A stretch of 64,000 bases of DNA from positions 131,254,001 to 131,318,000 of the forward strand of contig OX597817.1 of the NCBI GenBank assembly GCA_951406725.2, given 5' to 3'. The notes beneath the pieces are model-generated. The model had not been told where the DNA came from and did not search any database. It worked only from the letters and a program-made list of their open reading frames with translations. Source of the DNA: Octopus vulgaris (lineage: Eukaryota). This document shows, in pieces, positions 27,360-40,162 of the stretch (its first letter is position 1; each line of letters begins with the position of its first letter). Made by a program: the position numbers and the translations under genes.

Positions 27360-28110
27360 TACACGTATAGCGAATATATATATGAATAATTTGTATGTAC
27401 GTGTATAGATATGTCTTTATATACATACATATATATATTCATGGGTGCAAGTATACACATGTACATACCAACATAGATAGATACAAGCATGCACATACAT
27501 ACACAAATACATACACATATGCTATATATGAATATGGAATTATTTCTATATTCTCTATCCCTCTATTGTGTAAAATCTTTTGATAATACTGAAAATATTC
27601 AGAAATATTCTTCTTGTTGCTCTTTGAAACAACTCTAAAATGTATCTCTGTATATACAAATAACATTGTTTTATAGTAGGTAAAAGTTCTGATACTATAT
27701 GAATTCATTCTCCCTGTCCCATAAGCATTAGCCTGCAAATTTAACTGCTATAATCTTGTCTGAAGTATATTCTTACTGAACCAAATGGCTTTACTTCAAA
27801 GAAATCTTGACTCATGACTCTGTCACTTAAATTGTCTATCTATTTTTCCCTATCCATAAAGGATACACTGGTTTCTCTTAGATTTGATAAACTTGCTTAT
27901 AAATTAAAACTGACCCCACCCCATATAAGTAAATCTAAATAACAGAAATAATTAGTGATAAACAGTGTCTTTTTTGAAAAAATCCCAGTTACAACTATGA
28001 TTTTGTTGATAAAACACGTTCTTTGTCTATCTCCTTATCCTCTTGGTGATTTTGGATTAAAAACCCCATACAAATGAGTCCTTTGAATTTAACAAAATTC
28101 TATATTTTCA

Positions 28111-28166
28111 TGCAGCTGAAGATTGCTCTACATTTTAAATGGAGTCACATGAAACGATCGTACTGC
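28111..28166 (+). ncRNA. Type I hammerhead ribozyme in PLE pLTR
   Basis: gcag-CTGAAGA-[28 nt]-GAAA-cgatcg-TA-ctgc; palindromic stem III, GUA site; base of stem II weak. Confidence 0.7.
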
Positions 28167-28282
28167 GTTACCTCTGGATATCCTTCTGGCTGATTTTGAT
28201 TATAATCACCCCATTTTGAATTATATGGATAATACCATACTAAATTATGGTGCCTTTAACTTAAGTACCATATTCATCTGAA

Positions 28283-28398
<116 letters not shown>

Positions 28399-28749
28399 AT
28401 GTAATAATCAGTATGTTGTCATACGGAGTTTCAAAAGCCGTAGGTAAGAGCTACGATGCACTCCCGTCGGCTATTAATGGGAATAGACCCTATGAAAAAC
28501 CGTTGATTATCCTAAACAATACATATATAAAAAATCCTCTATTTACTTCATATCGAGGTCTCATTCTTTTGTTGTCCCTTTTTATCATTATCATCATCAC
28601 CATCATCAACATTATTTTTTTTCCTTCTTTCTTCAAATTTTCTTCCGTTTCTCGCCGTGTGTTTTCCGTACACCTAGGGCAGAGAAGCTCATTGTATGCA
28701 TTCCCAGATTACACACGAAAATTCACAGGTAAAATATGTACTTAAAGAA

Positions 28750-30020
28750 TTAATAATTAACTAAATTCATGAATGGATGTTGTTTTCACAGCGATAATGC
28801 TCTTCTCAGTACATGAGTCGTTCCATTTAAAACGATTTTTGCACTCCCTGTAAGGATGGTAAGCCCGGTATCATTTTCAAATAGGTTTCAGTACCTTTTC
28901 TTTTATCATTCCTAGAGATCCTACAATCACTGGTACTGTAGTTGCCTTGAGATGCCACATTTTTTCAACTTCTATTAGCAAGTCTTTATATTTACTGATC
29001 TTGTCAAATTCTTTCGCCGCTATACTTTGATCGCAAGGAATACTCATGTCAATTAATAAACACACCTTTTTTGTCTGATCTTTTATAATAATATCCGGTT
29101 TATTAGCTTTTATAGTTTTGTCGGTATGTACGGGGAAGTCCCATAGAATAGACACATTTTCTCCCTCAGTCACAGCTTCAGGATGGAGTTTATACCATTT
29201 GTCAGCGTTTTTGATTTTATAATGCCGACATATTGTCCAGTGTAAATAGTGGCCGACTCTGTCATGTCATGCTTTATATTCTACAGGTGCTAAGACTCTA
29301 CACCCTGAGATTAGGTGGTCTATTGTTTCAATCTCATTGTTACAGAATCGGCATTTTGGGTCAGCTCCAATTTTTATCACATTGGCTTGGTAGTTTCGGG
29401 TTTATAAGCGTTGGTCTTGAGCAGCTAATGTGAAACCTTCACTCCCTATTTTTAGCCCTGAGCTTCGTAACCATTGGTGCGTGTGTTTCTGGTCGACATC
29501 AGCTTGTTTGCTACGGGCTACATACTTGCCTTGCAGAGGTTTCTGTTCCCATCTGCTAGCTAATTTTTCATGTGCTTTTGTCTTTGCAATTAATTTTATT
29601 TTCTTTGTAGCTGCAGTTGGCGCATTTCCTTCAGCCTGATCAATCTGGTATGCATCTAAGAGATCAGTAGCGAATCTTTTGCTCTCTTTCAGAATAGAGT
29701 GAAGTTTTTTCGGTCTTTCATGTTTTTCAACAAGTTTTTGCATCCAATCGTTGGTTGCTTCAAGGTATTTGGCCAGTCCGATTGTGGTGGTTTTGTATGT
29801 AAGTTGAAGCTGCATCAAACCTCGACCTCCCTGAGCTCTGGGAAGGTAAAGACGATCCACTTCTGCTTTGGATGGTACATCTTATTACAACTCAGTAGGT
29901 TGCAGATTTTTGTGTCAATTTGCATTATTTCACTGGCATTCCAGTTAAGCACATTGAAGCTATAAAGAACAACTGGTACCACTAAGGAATTTATGGCTAA
30001 CACCTTATTATATGCATTTA
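28750..30020 (-). mobile_element. R4/Dong-clade LINE, 5'-truncated
   Basis: RLYLPRAQGGRGL, CRFC..ETIDHLISGC knuckle, LWDFPVHTD..KPDIII..IDMSIP..KYKDL (REL nuclease); abuts a (TTA)n tract. Confidence 0.9.
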
Positions 30021-30029
30021 TCATCATCA

Positions 30030-30161
<132 letters not shown>

Positions 30162-30280
30162 CTTAACATTTATATGTGCCTGTATCTATAGTTACATCTC
30201 TCCCAATCTTTTTCTCTCCCTTTCTCTCTCTACTCAAAAACGCACACACACATATATAGAGAGAAAATAGTTAGGTAAAC

Positions 30281-30331
<51 letters not shown>

Positions 30332-30791
30332 CAGACAGATATTAAAAGGAAAATAAATGAAAACCAAAACTGGGTGAGTATCTCAGGTCATTTAGAATAT
30401 TTAATTAGAGTAAGATGAGTGAAAAATAGATAAGTAGAAGTAATTAATGTCTCAGTTTCTGGGATAACACAGGTGATGGGTCAGCATCTCCAGACACAGG
30501 GTATTCCATCGTCAGAGACCACGTGTATGCAGGGAAGTCCCAGACAGAGAGTTCACAGAATATAAAAGAATAAATCAGATGACAGAAGAATAAAGACAGG
30601 AGAATAAAATTCTATATCTGTTGAGAGATATAGATATTAAATATATATCTTTCAATTCTCGTATACTGGTCGGAAACGAGGCAATAGCAGAAGAGACTTG
30701 CCCGGGTGCCAAGCAGTGGGACTGCATGTAATACAATACAATAAGTACAATCATTATAAGAGGGTATAAATAAATAAATATAAATAGATAT

Positions 30792-30918
30792 ATCTTACAG
30801 CTGTTTCGGCCATGCAGATAAATATGTCTCATTTTACCTATATTAGCCATGTATAGTATGTCAATATGAAGTTAAAAATGAGACATTTACAAAGATATTT
30901 TAAGGCCTCTTCGGAGAT
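30792..30918 (-). ncRNA. Hammerhead with ~100-nt stem II and CCGA core variant
   Basis: atct-CCGAAGA-ggcc..(atgtctcatttt/aaaatgagacat)..ggcc-GAAA-cagctg-TA-agat. Confidence 0.65.
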
Positions 30919-31645
30919 TCTAAAGTATAAACCAAATTACATATATACTCATATAAGTGTGGGTACATACCCATAATAAATCATTTACATATATATATAT
31001 ATATGAGTGCATATACTCATACTCTTATACATACACATATACATATACATAATAATACAAATAATATAAATCAATAAAATATATATATGTACCATATTCA
31101 ATGTTTTTGAACTTAATATTAAGATATTACAACGTAGAGAACATAGACATATTCATACTTCAATGCAGATATATAGAGTCAGTATTACCTTATATTAATT
31201 TACAAAAAGTCATTAATGTTAACATCAATACTGTTATCAATATCATTAATGCTACCAATATCATTGTTCTTATTTCTAATAACATTAATACTAATAAAAC
31301 AATACATATATCACATAATTAGCAATATAGTAGCAAAACTAGGGACCAACATAATACCACAGTATTATGCAAGGCATTAAATATTTGCACATACATACAA
31401 AAAGCAGTCAAGTCAATCAGTTTACATGGTGTTAATTTCCACAGATGCATGTGAATTAATAATTTCTATTGTGACACTAATATATTATTAATTTCCGAAA
31501 TAGTTATGAAACGAACGCCGGAATTTGATTGGCTTATACTTTTAAATTTAAATTACAATTGTTTTTTTTACGGTTGGTACATATATGTGTGTGTATGTGT
31601 CTTTGTGTGTCTGTGTCTATGTGTGTTTGTATATGTATGTATGTA

Positions 31646-31689
<44 letters not shown>

Positions 31690-31695
<6 letters not shown>

Positions 31696-31909
31696 TCTTA
31701 CTCTTTTATTCTTTTACTTGTTTCAGTCATTTGACTGTGGCCATGCTGGAGCACCGCCTTTAGTCGAGCAGATCGACTCCAGGACTTATTCTTTGTAAGC
31801 CTAGTACTTATTCTATCGGTCTCTTTTGCCGAACCACTAAGTTACGGGGACGTAAACACACCAGCATCGGTTGTCAAGCGATGTTGGGAGAACAAACACA
31901 GACACACAT

Positions 31910-31962
<53 letters not shown>

Positions 31963-32118
31963 TATATACGACGAGCTTCTTTCAGTTTCCATCTACCAAA
32001 TCCACTCACAAGGCTTTGGTCGGCCCGAGGCTATACTAGAAGACACTTGCCCAAGGTGCCACGGAACTCGGAACCATGTGGTTCGTAAGCAAGCTACTTA
32101 CCACACTGCCACTCCTAC
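31690..32118 (-). mobile_element. Abundant tRNA-derived SINE with internal (TA)n/(CA)n
   Basis: Reverse complement of the copy at 63625-64000. Confidence 0.85.
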
Positions 32119-32137
32119 GCATATATATGTATGTATG

Positions 32138-32169
<32 letters not shown>

Positions 32170-32189
32170 TGTATGTATGCATGTATGTA

Positions 32190-32582
32190 TACTTTATTCC
32201 TCTATTTGTTTCAGTCATTTGACTGCGGCCATGCTGGACCATTACCTTTAGTCGATCAAATCGAACCCAGGACTTATTCTTTGTAAGCCTAGTACCTATT
32301 ATGTAGGTCACTTTTGCCGAACCGCTAAGTTACGAGGACATAAACGCACCAACATCGGTTGTCAAGCGATGGTGGTGGTGGCGGGGGTGGGCACAGCGCA
32401 GACTCACAAACATATACAAACACACATATACGACGGGTTTCTTTCAGTTTCCATCTACCAAATCAACTCACAAGGCTTTGGCCCGAGGCTATAGTAGAAG
32501 ACACTTACCCGTGGTGCCATGTAGTGGGACTGAACCCGGAACCATGTGGTTAGTTAGCAAGCTACTTGCCACTCGGCCATTT
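32190..32582 (-). mobile_element. Same SINE family, second copy
   Basis: Shared blocks gcggccatgctgga, gccgaaccgctaagt, gaaccatgtggtt. Confidence 0.85.
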
Positions 32583-32859
32583 TATATATTTATATAAAGA
32601 GAGAGTGGGAGATAGAGAAAGGTGGAGGAATAGGCTTCCTCAAAGTGAACAAAAAGCCATAGATACAAGGGGCCTGAACTCTTGTGGGAGTTTGCTTGTT
32701 TATTATTTCAACCCCATTATGAACCTGCATCTTATTTTATCGACACTAAAACGTTAAAAGTAAATGTTAGCATTGGCAGAATTCGAACTTAGACTTGGAA
32801 ATTCTCAGGAAATAGCCAGGAATATTAGTAACAAGATATTGGGTGGACAAGATATATAG

Positions 32860-33245
32860 TTCTACTAAAGGTAGGAGGCCTGGAAATTGGGGGAGGGGAC
32901 AAGTCGATTACATAAACCTTCAGTGTTTTACTGGTACTTAATTTATCGACCCCGAAAGAATGAATGGCAAAGTCAACCTCGGCGGAGGTTGAACTCAGAA
33001 CGTATCGACGGGCGAATTACCTATTTCTTTACTACCCACAAGGGGCTAAACACAGAGAGGACAAACAAGGACAGACAAACGGATTAAGTCGATAATATCG
33101 ACCCCAGTGCGTAACTGGTACATAATTTATCGACTCCGAAAGGATGAAAGCAAAGTCGACCTCGGTGGAATTTGAACTCAGAACGTATCGACGGGCGAAT
33201 TACCGCTAAGCATTTCATCTAGCGTTCTAACGATGACTCTACCAC
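32860..33245 (-). mobile_element. Second tRNA-SINE family (Nin/Deu-like domain), partly tandem
   Basis: Minus strand B-box GAGTTCAAATTCC followed by ctttcatcctttcggagtcgataaatt..gtaccag, present twice; decayed copies at ~25700-25840 and ~32680-32800. Confidence 0.7.
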
Positions 33246-33606
33246 CTCCCCACCTTCGGGTGGACACGATAAAGCAGTAATTGTTGGTCTGAGGCACCTG
33301 TGTGTTTACCTGTGTTAGAATGTGTGTGTACTCGGGCGCGGGTAGAATGTTGAAATTAAAATCTGTCAAACAAGAGTCGTTTCTGAGATTTATTACACAG
33401 TTGGTGAATAGCATCTTAACTGCTGTTACACTTGACTTAACATTAACCGCTGCTGGCTTCTTAGCCAAAAATCAGGGCAGATATTTTTACATGCGGGAAA
33501 ACAACATCATCATCAACATTACTGTCAAGGCTATATACACACACGCATACATGTCTGCATTTGTATGTATAGATGTATAAATAGTGTATAAGTAGGTATA
33601 TATTTA

Positions 33607-33661
<55 letters not shown>

Positions 33662-33817
33662 TTATATTTAGCAAAAACAATTAAGATTCGAGTGAATTTC
33701 AATGAATTCAAATGAATATGGTACTTAACTTAATTACCAGAATTCTTTATGGTATTAACCATAAAATAATGTGGGGTGATTATAACCAAGAAAAAAGCAA
33801 CAAGAATGGATTAGTAG

Positions 33818-33906
33818 TTTAGTACAATTGTTTCATACAAAGAGCAATTTTATTTGAAGCTGCAAATATTGCAGCAAATACAAATGTCCAGTATTCATCA
33901 GCTAAA
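33818..33906 (-). ncRNA. Type I hammerhead (left arm copy)
   Basis: tttag-CTGATGA-atac..gtat-GAAA-caattg-TA-ctaaa on the minus strand. Confidence 0.8.
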
Positions 33907-34270
33907 TCACATATATGTTTTCCAGACATCCTAGAGAGTTTGATTATTCTCATGAAGTATTAAGAGTGAGTTCTATGAAATTTACAGTCAAATTATAAGC
34001 AGACTTAAAATGCTTTCTAATGATGCACAGTTTTATAAAAAGCTTTTAAAAGATTGTTAACTTCCCAGAGAAGGTGAATCCAGGAGAGGGTATATGGATT
34101 CACCTTCTCTGGGAAGTTAACAATCTTTTAAAAACTTTTTATAAAACTGTGCATCATTAGAAAGCATTTTAAGTCTGCTTATAATTTGACTGTAAATTTC
34201 ATAGAACTCACTCTTAATACTTCATGAGGATAATCAAACGCTCTAGGATGTCTGGAAAACATATATGTGA

Positions 34271-34359
34271 TTTAGCTGATGAATACTGGATATTTGTATT
34301 TGCTGCAATATTTGCAGCTTCAAATAAAATTGCTCTTAGTATGAAACAATTGTACTAAA
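34271..34359 (+). ncRNA. Type I hammerhead (right arm copy)
   Basis: tttag-CTGATGA-atact..agtat-GAAA-caattg-TA-ctaaa; canonical core, GUA cleavage after 34354. Confidence 0.85.
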
Positions 34360-34418
34360 CTACTAATCCATTCTTGTTGCTTTTTTCTTGGTCATATTTA
34401 TATTTATATATACATACG

Positions 34419-34493
<75 letters not shown>

Positions 34494-34804
34494 TTGCGTG
34501 TGTGTATCCATTTATGCATGTATATATCCATATGTGTAGGGATATGTTTACAAAATATATATGTCCGTGTGTGTGTCTGTGTATTACTTTCGCCCAATTT
34601 GTGGAAGGTGACGATTGTATTTTAATCTATAGGTATTACCTAATTTCTAAATTTTCATTTCTTTAGTCTGGAATTAAAAGAAGAGGTACAAAACTTTTAT
34701 AATGATGTATGATTTTCACATCTTATCACATTTATAGATAGACATTTAAACGCGAATTTCGAGACACCCGTCTCTCTCTCGCGCTCTCTCTCTATATATG
34801 TATA

Positions 34805-34806
34805 TC

Positions 34807-34837
<31 letters not shown>

Positions 34838-36797
34838 AATGTGTCTGTTTGTCTGTGTGAATCCCTAAAACTTGAGAACTACACAACCAATTTCATTCAA
34901 ATTTTACACATGCCTTACTTAGGGTCCAATTTTAACTTCTTGCCTAAGGCAAGCCCACAGCAATATCATATCTTCTCCACTATTTCCGTATTATGTGTCT
35001 AAAGTGAAACAAAAACATCTCTCTATTGTAATGTTAAATGCTTTCACTTTAATAGTGAAACTATTATATAAGTGGCATGAACTGAAATATAATTTTTTCT
35101 GAAACTTCAGACTTTTCAATATGCTACACCACTGGTTTTAAATTGATATTAATCAAATTAATATTCAATTTTTCATCCTTATTATTTTAAATTTAAATTT
35201 ACATGTATATATATATATATACATGTATATATATGGATGTATATATATAGATGTATATATATACATGTATATGTATACATGTATATGTATAGCTGTATAT
35301 GTATACATGTATTTCTATACATATAGATGTATATGTATACATGTATTTGTGTAGATGTATATATATATATATAGATGTACATGTAATATGTACATATATA
35401 TATACACATATATACATGCATACATATATACACCCATACACACACACATACATAGGTGCAGGTGTGGCTGTGTGGTAACAAACTTCGTTCCAAAACACAT
35501 TGTTCTGGGTTCAGTCTCACTGTGTGGTGACTTGGCATATGCCTTCTGCTATCCAAAACTATGTCAAAAGTACTGAATGGATCTTTACGAAATTTGGAGA
35601 TTATATTATATGCATAACGGCCATAACCCCCACGACAATTCATATATTTTTGCTGTTGATGAAATGTTAACCATAGATATTAGATACAAGTGAAGTAATA
35701 TTTATAAAATTTCATCTTGTTACAAGTTAGAAAGACCCCTTCATGGGGACTTAACACCCACAATTTTGACATTTTATCTAAGCAAAGATGAATACAGTTG
35801 TACTCTTGGAAGCTGTGGGGTTACCCGAGCATAGATGATGAGCATTATTTGAATTCAATGGAACAACAGTGTAAGAGTTTGTTTGACATACACTTAGATT
35901 GTGATTTCTGCAATGTGCTGCATAAATTGTCAAGTAAATGAGAGGCATCTTTGCCTCCACTGATTCAGTTGCAAAGTGTTGAGTAAAGTTATTTGATTGC
36001 AGACCTCCTTTCAGTCTTTTTATTATCACTGGGTTACACATAGTCCCCAGATAGTAACATTGATTTCAAGGCCTTCCCAGATGAGTGACTGGTTACTCAA
36101 AGACATTTATAGATTGTATATTTATTCTGTCCAGTTACATATCAGTATAGTGGTCATTTGCAAACTCCAACTTTCATTTCTCCTTAGCCCTCACGTCACA
36201 CAGTTTTTAAGGTTTATTTCAGTTGGGTCACGCCCTTCCAATTGCTATAGATTCGTAATGCATCTTACGCCTGTGCCTGTCACCTGCATGATGAGGAATA
36301 CTACATTGGGAGTGGTAACGACTAGGGTACTGTAGCTGACTGCTTATTGTGATCATTCGTCTTTTGGTTTCCTGTAGCTTTGCTCTCTTTTACAAACCCA
36401 GTCAGAATATATTTCCTATTTCAAAGAAATTCAAACAATAGATATAAGACCCAAGTTAAATTCCCCTTCTCTGGTTGACATTAAGATGCCCACCCCCAAT
36501 AGGGGCCTCAAGCCTCACATTTTAGAGCTCCATGACTTCCATTTTTCAGGAGCAGAATCCATTTAACAGGTTCTATAACACTGGAAGTTTGAAATATGCG
36601 CATAAAAATCAGTAGTATAGGATACATGTGGCACGATTGCGATTTTTTTTTGGGGTGTGTAAAGAGGGAAATAATACTCATCTGCAATGTTGCTGAAATT
36701 CGAAACATAGGTATTCCAGTTCATTACAGAAAATATAACAGAAAAGTCTAATTCTTCAATTGTATGTAACACGGGCAACGCCGGGTAACTCTGCTAG
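34805..36797 (+). mobile_element. Non-autonomous Helitron with internal cargo
   Basis: A|TCTATATA..aaactgagaatgtgtctgtttgtctg 5' end and cgggcaacgccggg..CTAG|T 3' end. That both ends belong to one element is inferred. Confidence 0.6.
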
Positions 36798-36829
36798 TAT
36801 ATTTATATATATCTACATATATACGTAAA

Positions 36830-38160
36830 TATATTCGTTTTGCAAGATTCTTGATGTGAAATCGTGTGTTGAAACAGATATTGTTGAATTTAGGGATAGC
36901 CATGTTGCCAGTTTAGTCAATAAAACACACGCACTATATATTTGGTGTTACTTTGTTTCAGCTTTATCTTATTTTACTTTTTACATTAATTGCATTTCGG
37001 CCAGAGTCCTTTCGTCACACTTCTGTGACCTCATCAGTGGATCTTTGCTTTCTCCTTTCTTATTTGTGTGTCTTTCCTTACTACCGATCAGCCATTTTGT
37101 ATTTTGTATTCCTATTGTATGTCTCTTTATTTGTGCATGCGTATACCCCTATGCGTGTCTATGTTTAGTAAGTGTGTGTGGGGGAGTGTCTGTATTATAT
37201 GTGCCCCCTGTTTATACATGTTCATTAAATTTGTTTTTATTTATTTTGTTCATGTGTTTATACCAACTTATTTGTTTCATTCTTTCTTTTTTTGTATATA
37301 ATTTAATTTAATTTTGTTAACGTATATAGTTATTTAATTCCATTTGTTTTTCTGTGTATTGTGTTATTCATATCGTTATCAGTTTATGGGGATCTTATTC
37401 TGTCATATGTTGTGGTTTGTTGGGGGTGTGTGCTAGTGTTCTATTCCAGTTTCCTATTGAGGCTAGGTTTGCCTTCTATTATGTGTGCAGCTTCTGTAAT
37501 GTGTCTAAGCGTTGCATCTGATCTATGTGTAGACAAGATTTTAACTTCTATGTTGTTGAGTGAGCCCCTGTATTCCTGCTCAGCGTGCTGGTATAGAACC
37601 GATGAGGAGTTCTTCTCTTCCTTAAGTTCCATCCAATGCTCATTTACCCGCTCTCCTATGCTCTGTGCCGTTTTCCCTACGTACGTCGTTGTCTTGTTAC
37701 TGCATCGTCCCCCTGTACATCTTATACTATAGACTATATTTATGACTTTACAGTTTTTTTTTGTGGGCTAAATCTACACACAGTACAGTTCCTATCAGCA
37801 CAGGGAGTTCTACTAAAAGAGCAGGTTCTACCGATTAGGGATTTGATAGGGTTGCCTGGCCTTTCAACAACCTTAATCTTTAGCTTAAGTTTGTCTAGGG
37901 CCCTTCTAAAGCGGTACCTTTTCTCTCTCCTCATGCGCCTGTAAAGTTGTTACTTTCGTATTGGAGTTATAAGGTTGCATTGCCTGGATGTAGTTCGGCA
38001 AGCTGTCTATTGACATCCTGCCGGACTTATCTATGGGAAGGCATACCACCTCTCCGTTCCTCGTGCGCTGCTTGAACTTACGTAGGCCACATGCAGGTAT
38101 CTTCCGAGTTGTTGGGCCTCTGTCTTATTCCATCTATGTCTCATAGTGTATAGTTCTAAA
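36830..38160 (-). mobile_element. PLE 3' fragment
   Basis: KVVERPG..PCADRNCTVC knuckle; LYQHAEQ..ITEAAHI..KPSLNRKLE. Confidence 0.85.
37001..37040 (-). ncRNA. Compact type I hammerhead
   Basis: cca-CTGATGA-g-gtcaca(gaag)tgtgac-GAAA-ggac-TC-tgg. Confidence 0.7.
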
Positions 38161-38317
38161 ATCTGAGCAGCTGACTCAGATGAAAAGTCGGTACTTCAAC
38201 TACCACCAAAATATGCTGTCTATAATAATGTAAACACCATCCGATGCCTCTCTGAACTTGAAAAGTCATTCACAAAAATACGTTAGAATTTAAACATGCA
38301 CAACAACAACACGAGCG

Positions 38318-38488
38318 TTGTTTCAGTCATTCGCCTGCAGCCATGCTGGAGCACCACCTTTAGTCGAGCAAATCGACCCCAAGACTTATTCTTTGTAAGC
38401 CTAGTACTTATTCTATCGGTCTCCTTTTGCCGAACCGCTAAGTTACGAGGACGTAAACACTTCAGCATCGGTTGTCAACACAGACACA

Positions 38489-38572
<84 letters not shown>

Positions 38573-38620
38573 TACGACGGGCTTCTTTCAGTTTCCGTCT
38601 ATCCACTTACAAGGCTTTAT
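38318..38620 (-). mobile_element. SINE 3' part (same family as 63625-64000)
   Basis: gccatgctggagcaccacctttagtcgag.. block. Confidence 0.8.
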
Positions 38621-38629
38621 AGCATTGGT

Positions 38630-40162
38630 ATATATACCAATACTATATATGCATACACATGCATAAACTAAGAATATGCACAAGAAACTAATAAATTAAA
38701 GTAACTAATGTATTTATATACAATTATAAATATTTAGGGGTGAAAAATGTATTCGTATAGAATAAATTTATGATTTTCTATGCGATAAAATACTGCTAAA
38801 ATATTTTTTTTTTACTAGAACTTTCTCATTTGTTCCAATAATCTTATCAGTTGTCATTTTTAAGTGTCAAAACACTAGCTTCTTCATTCAGCACTGAGAT
38901 AACATAAAGTAGTATCGTAATAATGGCGAAAAGTAAAGAACTCACAAATTCAGTGAAAAACTTAATTATTGAACAGTGGAAAGCAGGTAAAAATTCCAGG
39001 AAGATATCAGAGACCCTTTGTATTCCATTTTATACCATATCTTCATTTATTCAAATATATAAAAAATCGGGAACTGTTGAAAACAGAATACGATCCGGTG
39101 CACCACGCAAGATTTCCCCTGGATCTTTAAGAAAAATGAAGTGAAGAATCGAAAAAAACGCATTGATCACCAGAAAGGAGTTGCAAGAAGATTTGTTAGC
39201 TTCAGGGACTAGTGTTACACTACGAACAATCAGCAATGAACTTCATAGGAATGAACTGAAATCATGCTCTCCTAAAAAACCCTACTGTTAACAAAAAGGC
39301 ATAAAGATGCCTGTTTAAAATTTGTTTATGAACATAAAGATAAATCTGATACATTCTGGGAAAATGTCCTATAGACAGACGAGTCGAAAATTGAATTGTT
39401 TGGACGAAATTCGCGTAGCCATGTTCGGAGGAAAGACGGTACCACCTATTCGCCGAAAAACAATTCCTACCGTAAAGTTTGGAGGTGGCAACATCATGGT
39501 GTGGGGGTGTTTCTCTGCAAATAGTACTGGCAATTTACATGTGATAGATCGTAGAATGAATACAGATATGTACCAAAATATTTTGAACAATGATTTATGG
39601 GACTCTGTAGAAAAGCTCCAGCTTTGTGAAGGGTGGGTTTTACAACAGGATAACGATCCTAAGCACACGGCGAAGTCTACCAAAAAATGGATTGTCGATC
39701 ACAATATAAAATTATTAGAATGGCCAAGCCAGTCACCTGACTTGAACCCCATTGAAAATTTGTGGCATTATTTGAAAATTAAAATACATTCAAGAGCCCC
39801 AACATGCATTGCAGATTTGAAGAAAATTTGTCAAGAAGAATAGGAAAAGAATTCTTAAAGAAACATGCAAGTCATTGATTCAGAACTACAAGAAGAGATT
39901 GGTTGAAGTGTAACTGAATAATGGTTATGCTACGAAGTATTAAATCAGAATTATCAGTTATTAATGTTCTGTACGAATACTTTTTCCCCCTAAATATTTA
40001 TAATTGAATATAAATTCCTTAGTTACTATAATTTATTAGTTTCGTTTGCATATTCTTAGTTTATGCATGTGTATGCAAATATAGTATTGGTATATCCCAT
40101 TTATGTTCATTATAAATTAAATAAATAATTTTGACATGTACGAATATTTATTTCCCCCACTA
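38630..40162 (+). mobile_element. Tc1 DD34E transposon with long IR/DR-type TIRs, inactive
   Basis: Transposase 38923-39941 with stops/frameshifts: RSGAPRK, TDESK, GGGNIMVWG, QQDNDPKH-34aa-E (SPDLNPIENLW). Right TIR 39970-40162 has two gtacgaata..tccccc repeats; left TIR 38630-38760 is truncated at its outer end. Confidence 0.93.

Larger units (their letters stand above)
33785..34392. repeat. 298-bp near-perfect inverted repeat with 12-nt loop (PLE pLTR foldback)
   Basis: 33785-34082 pairs with 34095-34392 with only a few mismatches; (TA)n flanks. Confidence 0.95.

Noticed and set aside
30448-30518. Minus-strand hammerhead CTGACGA-tggaata..tatccca-GAAA
   Set aside because: The 3' half of stem III and the cleavage triplet appear deleted, so it is not called as a ribozyme.
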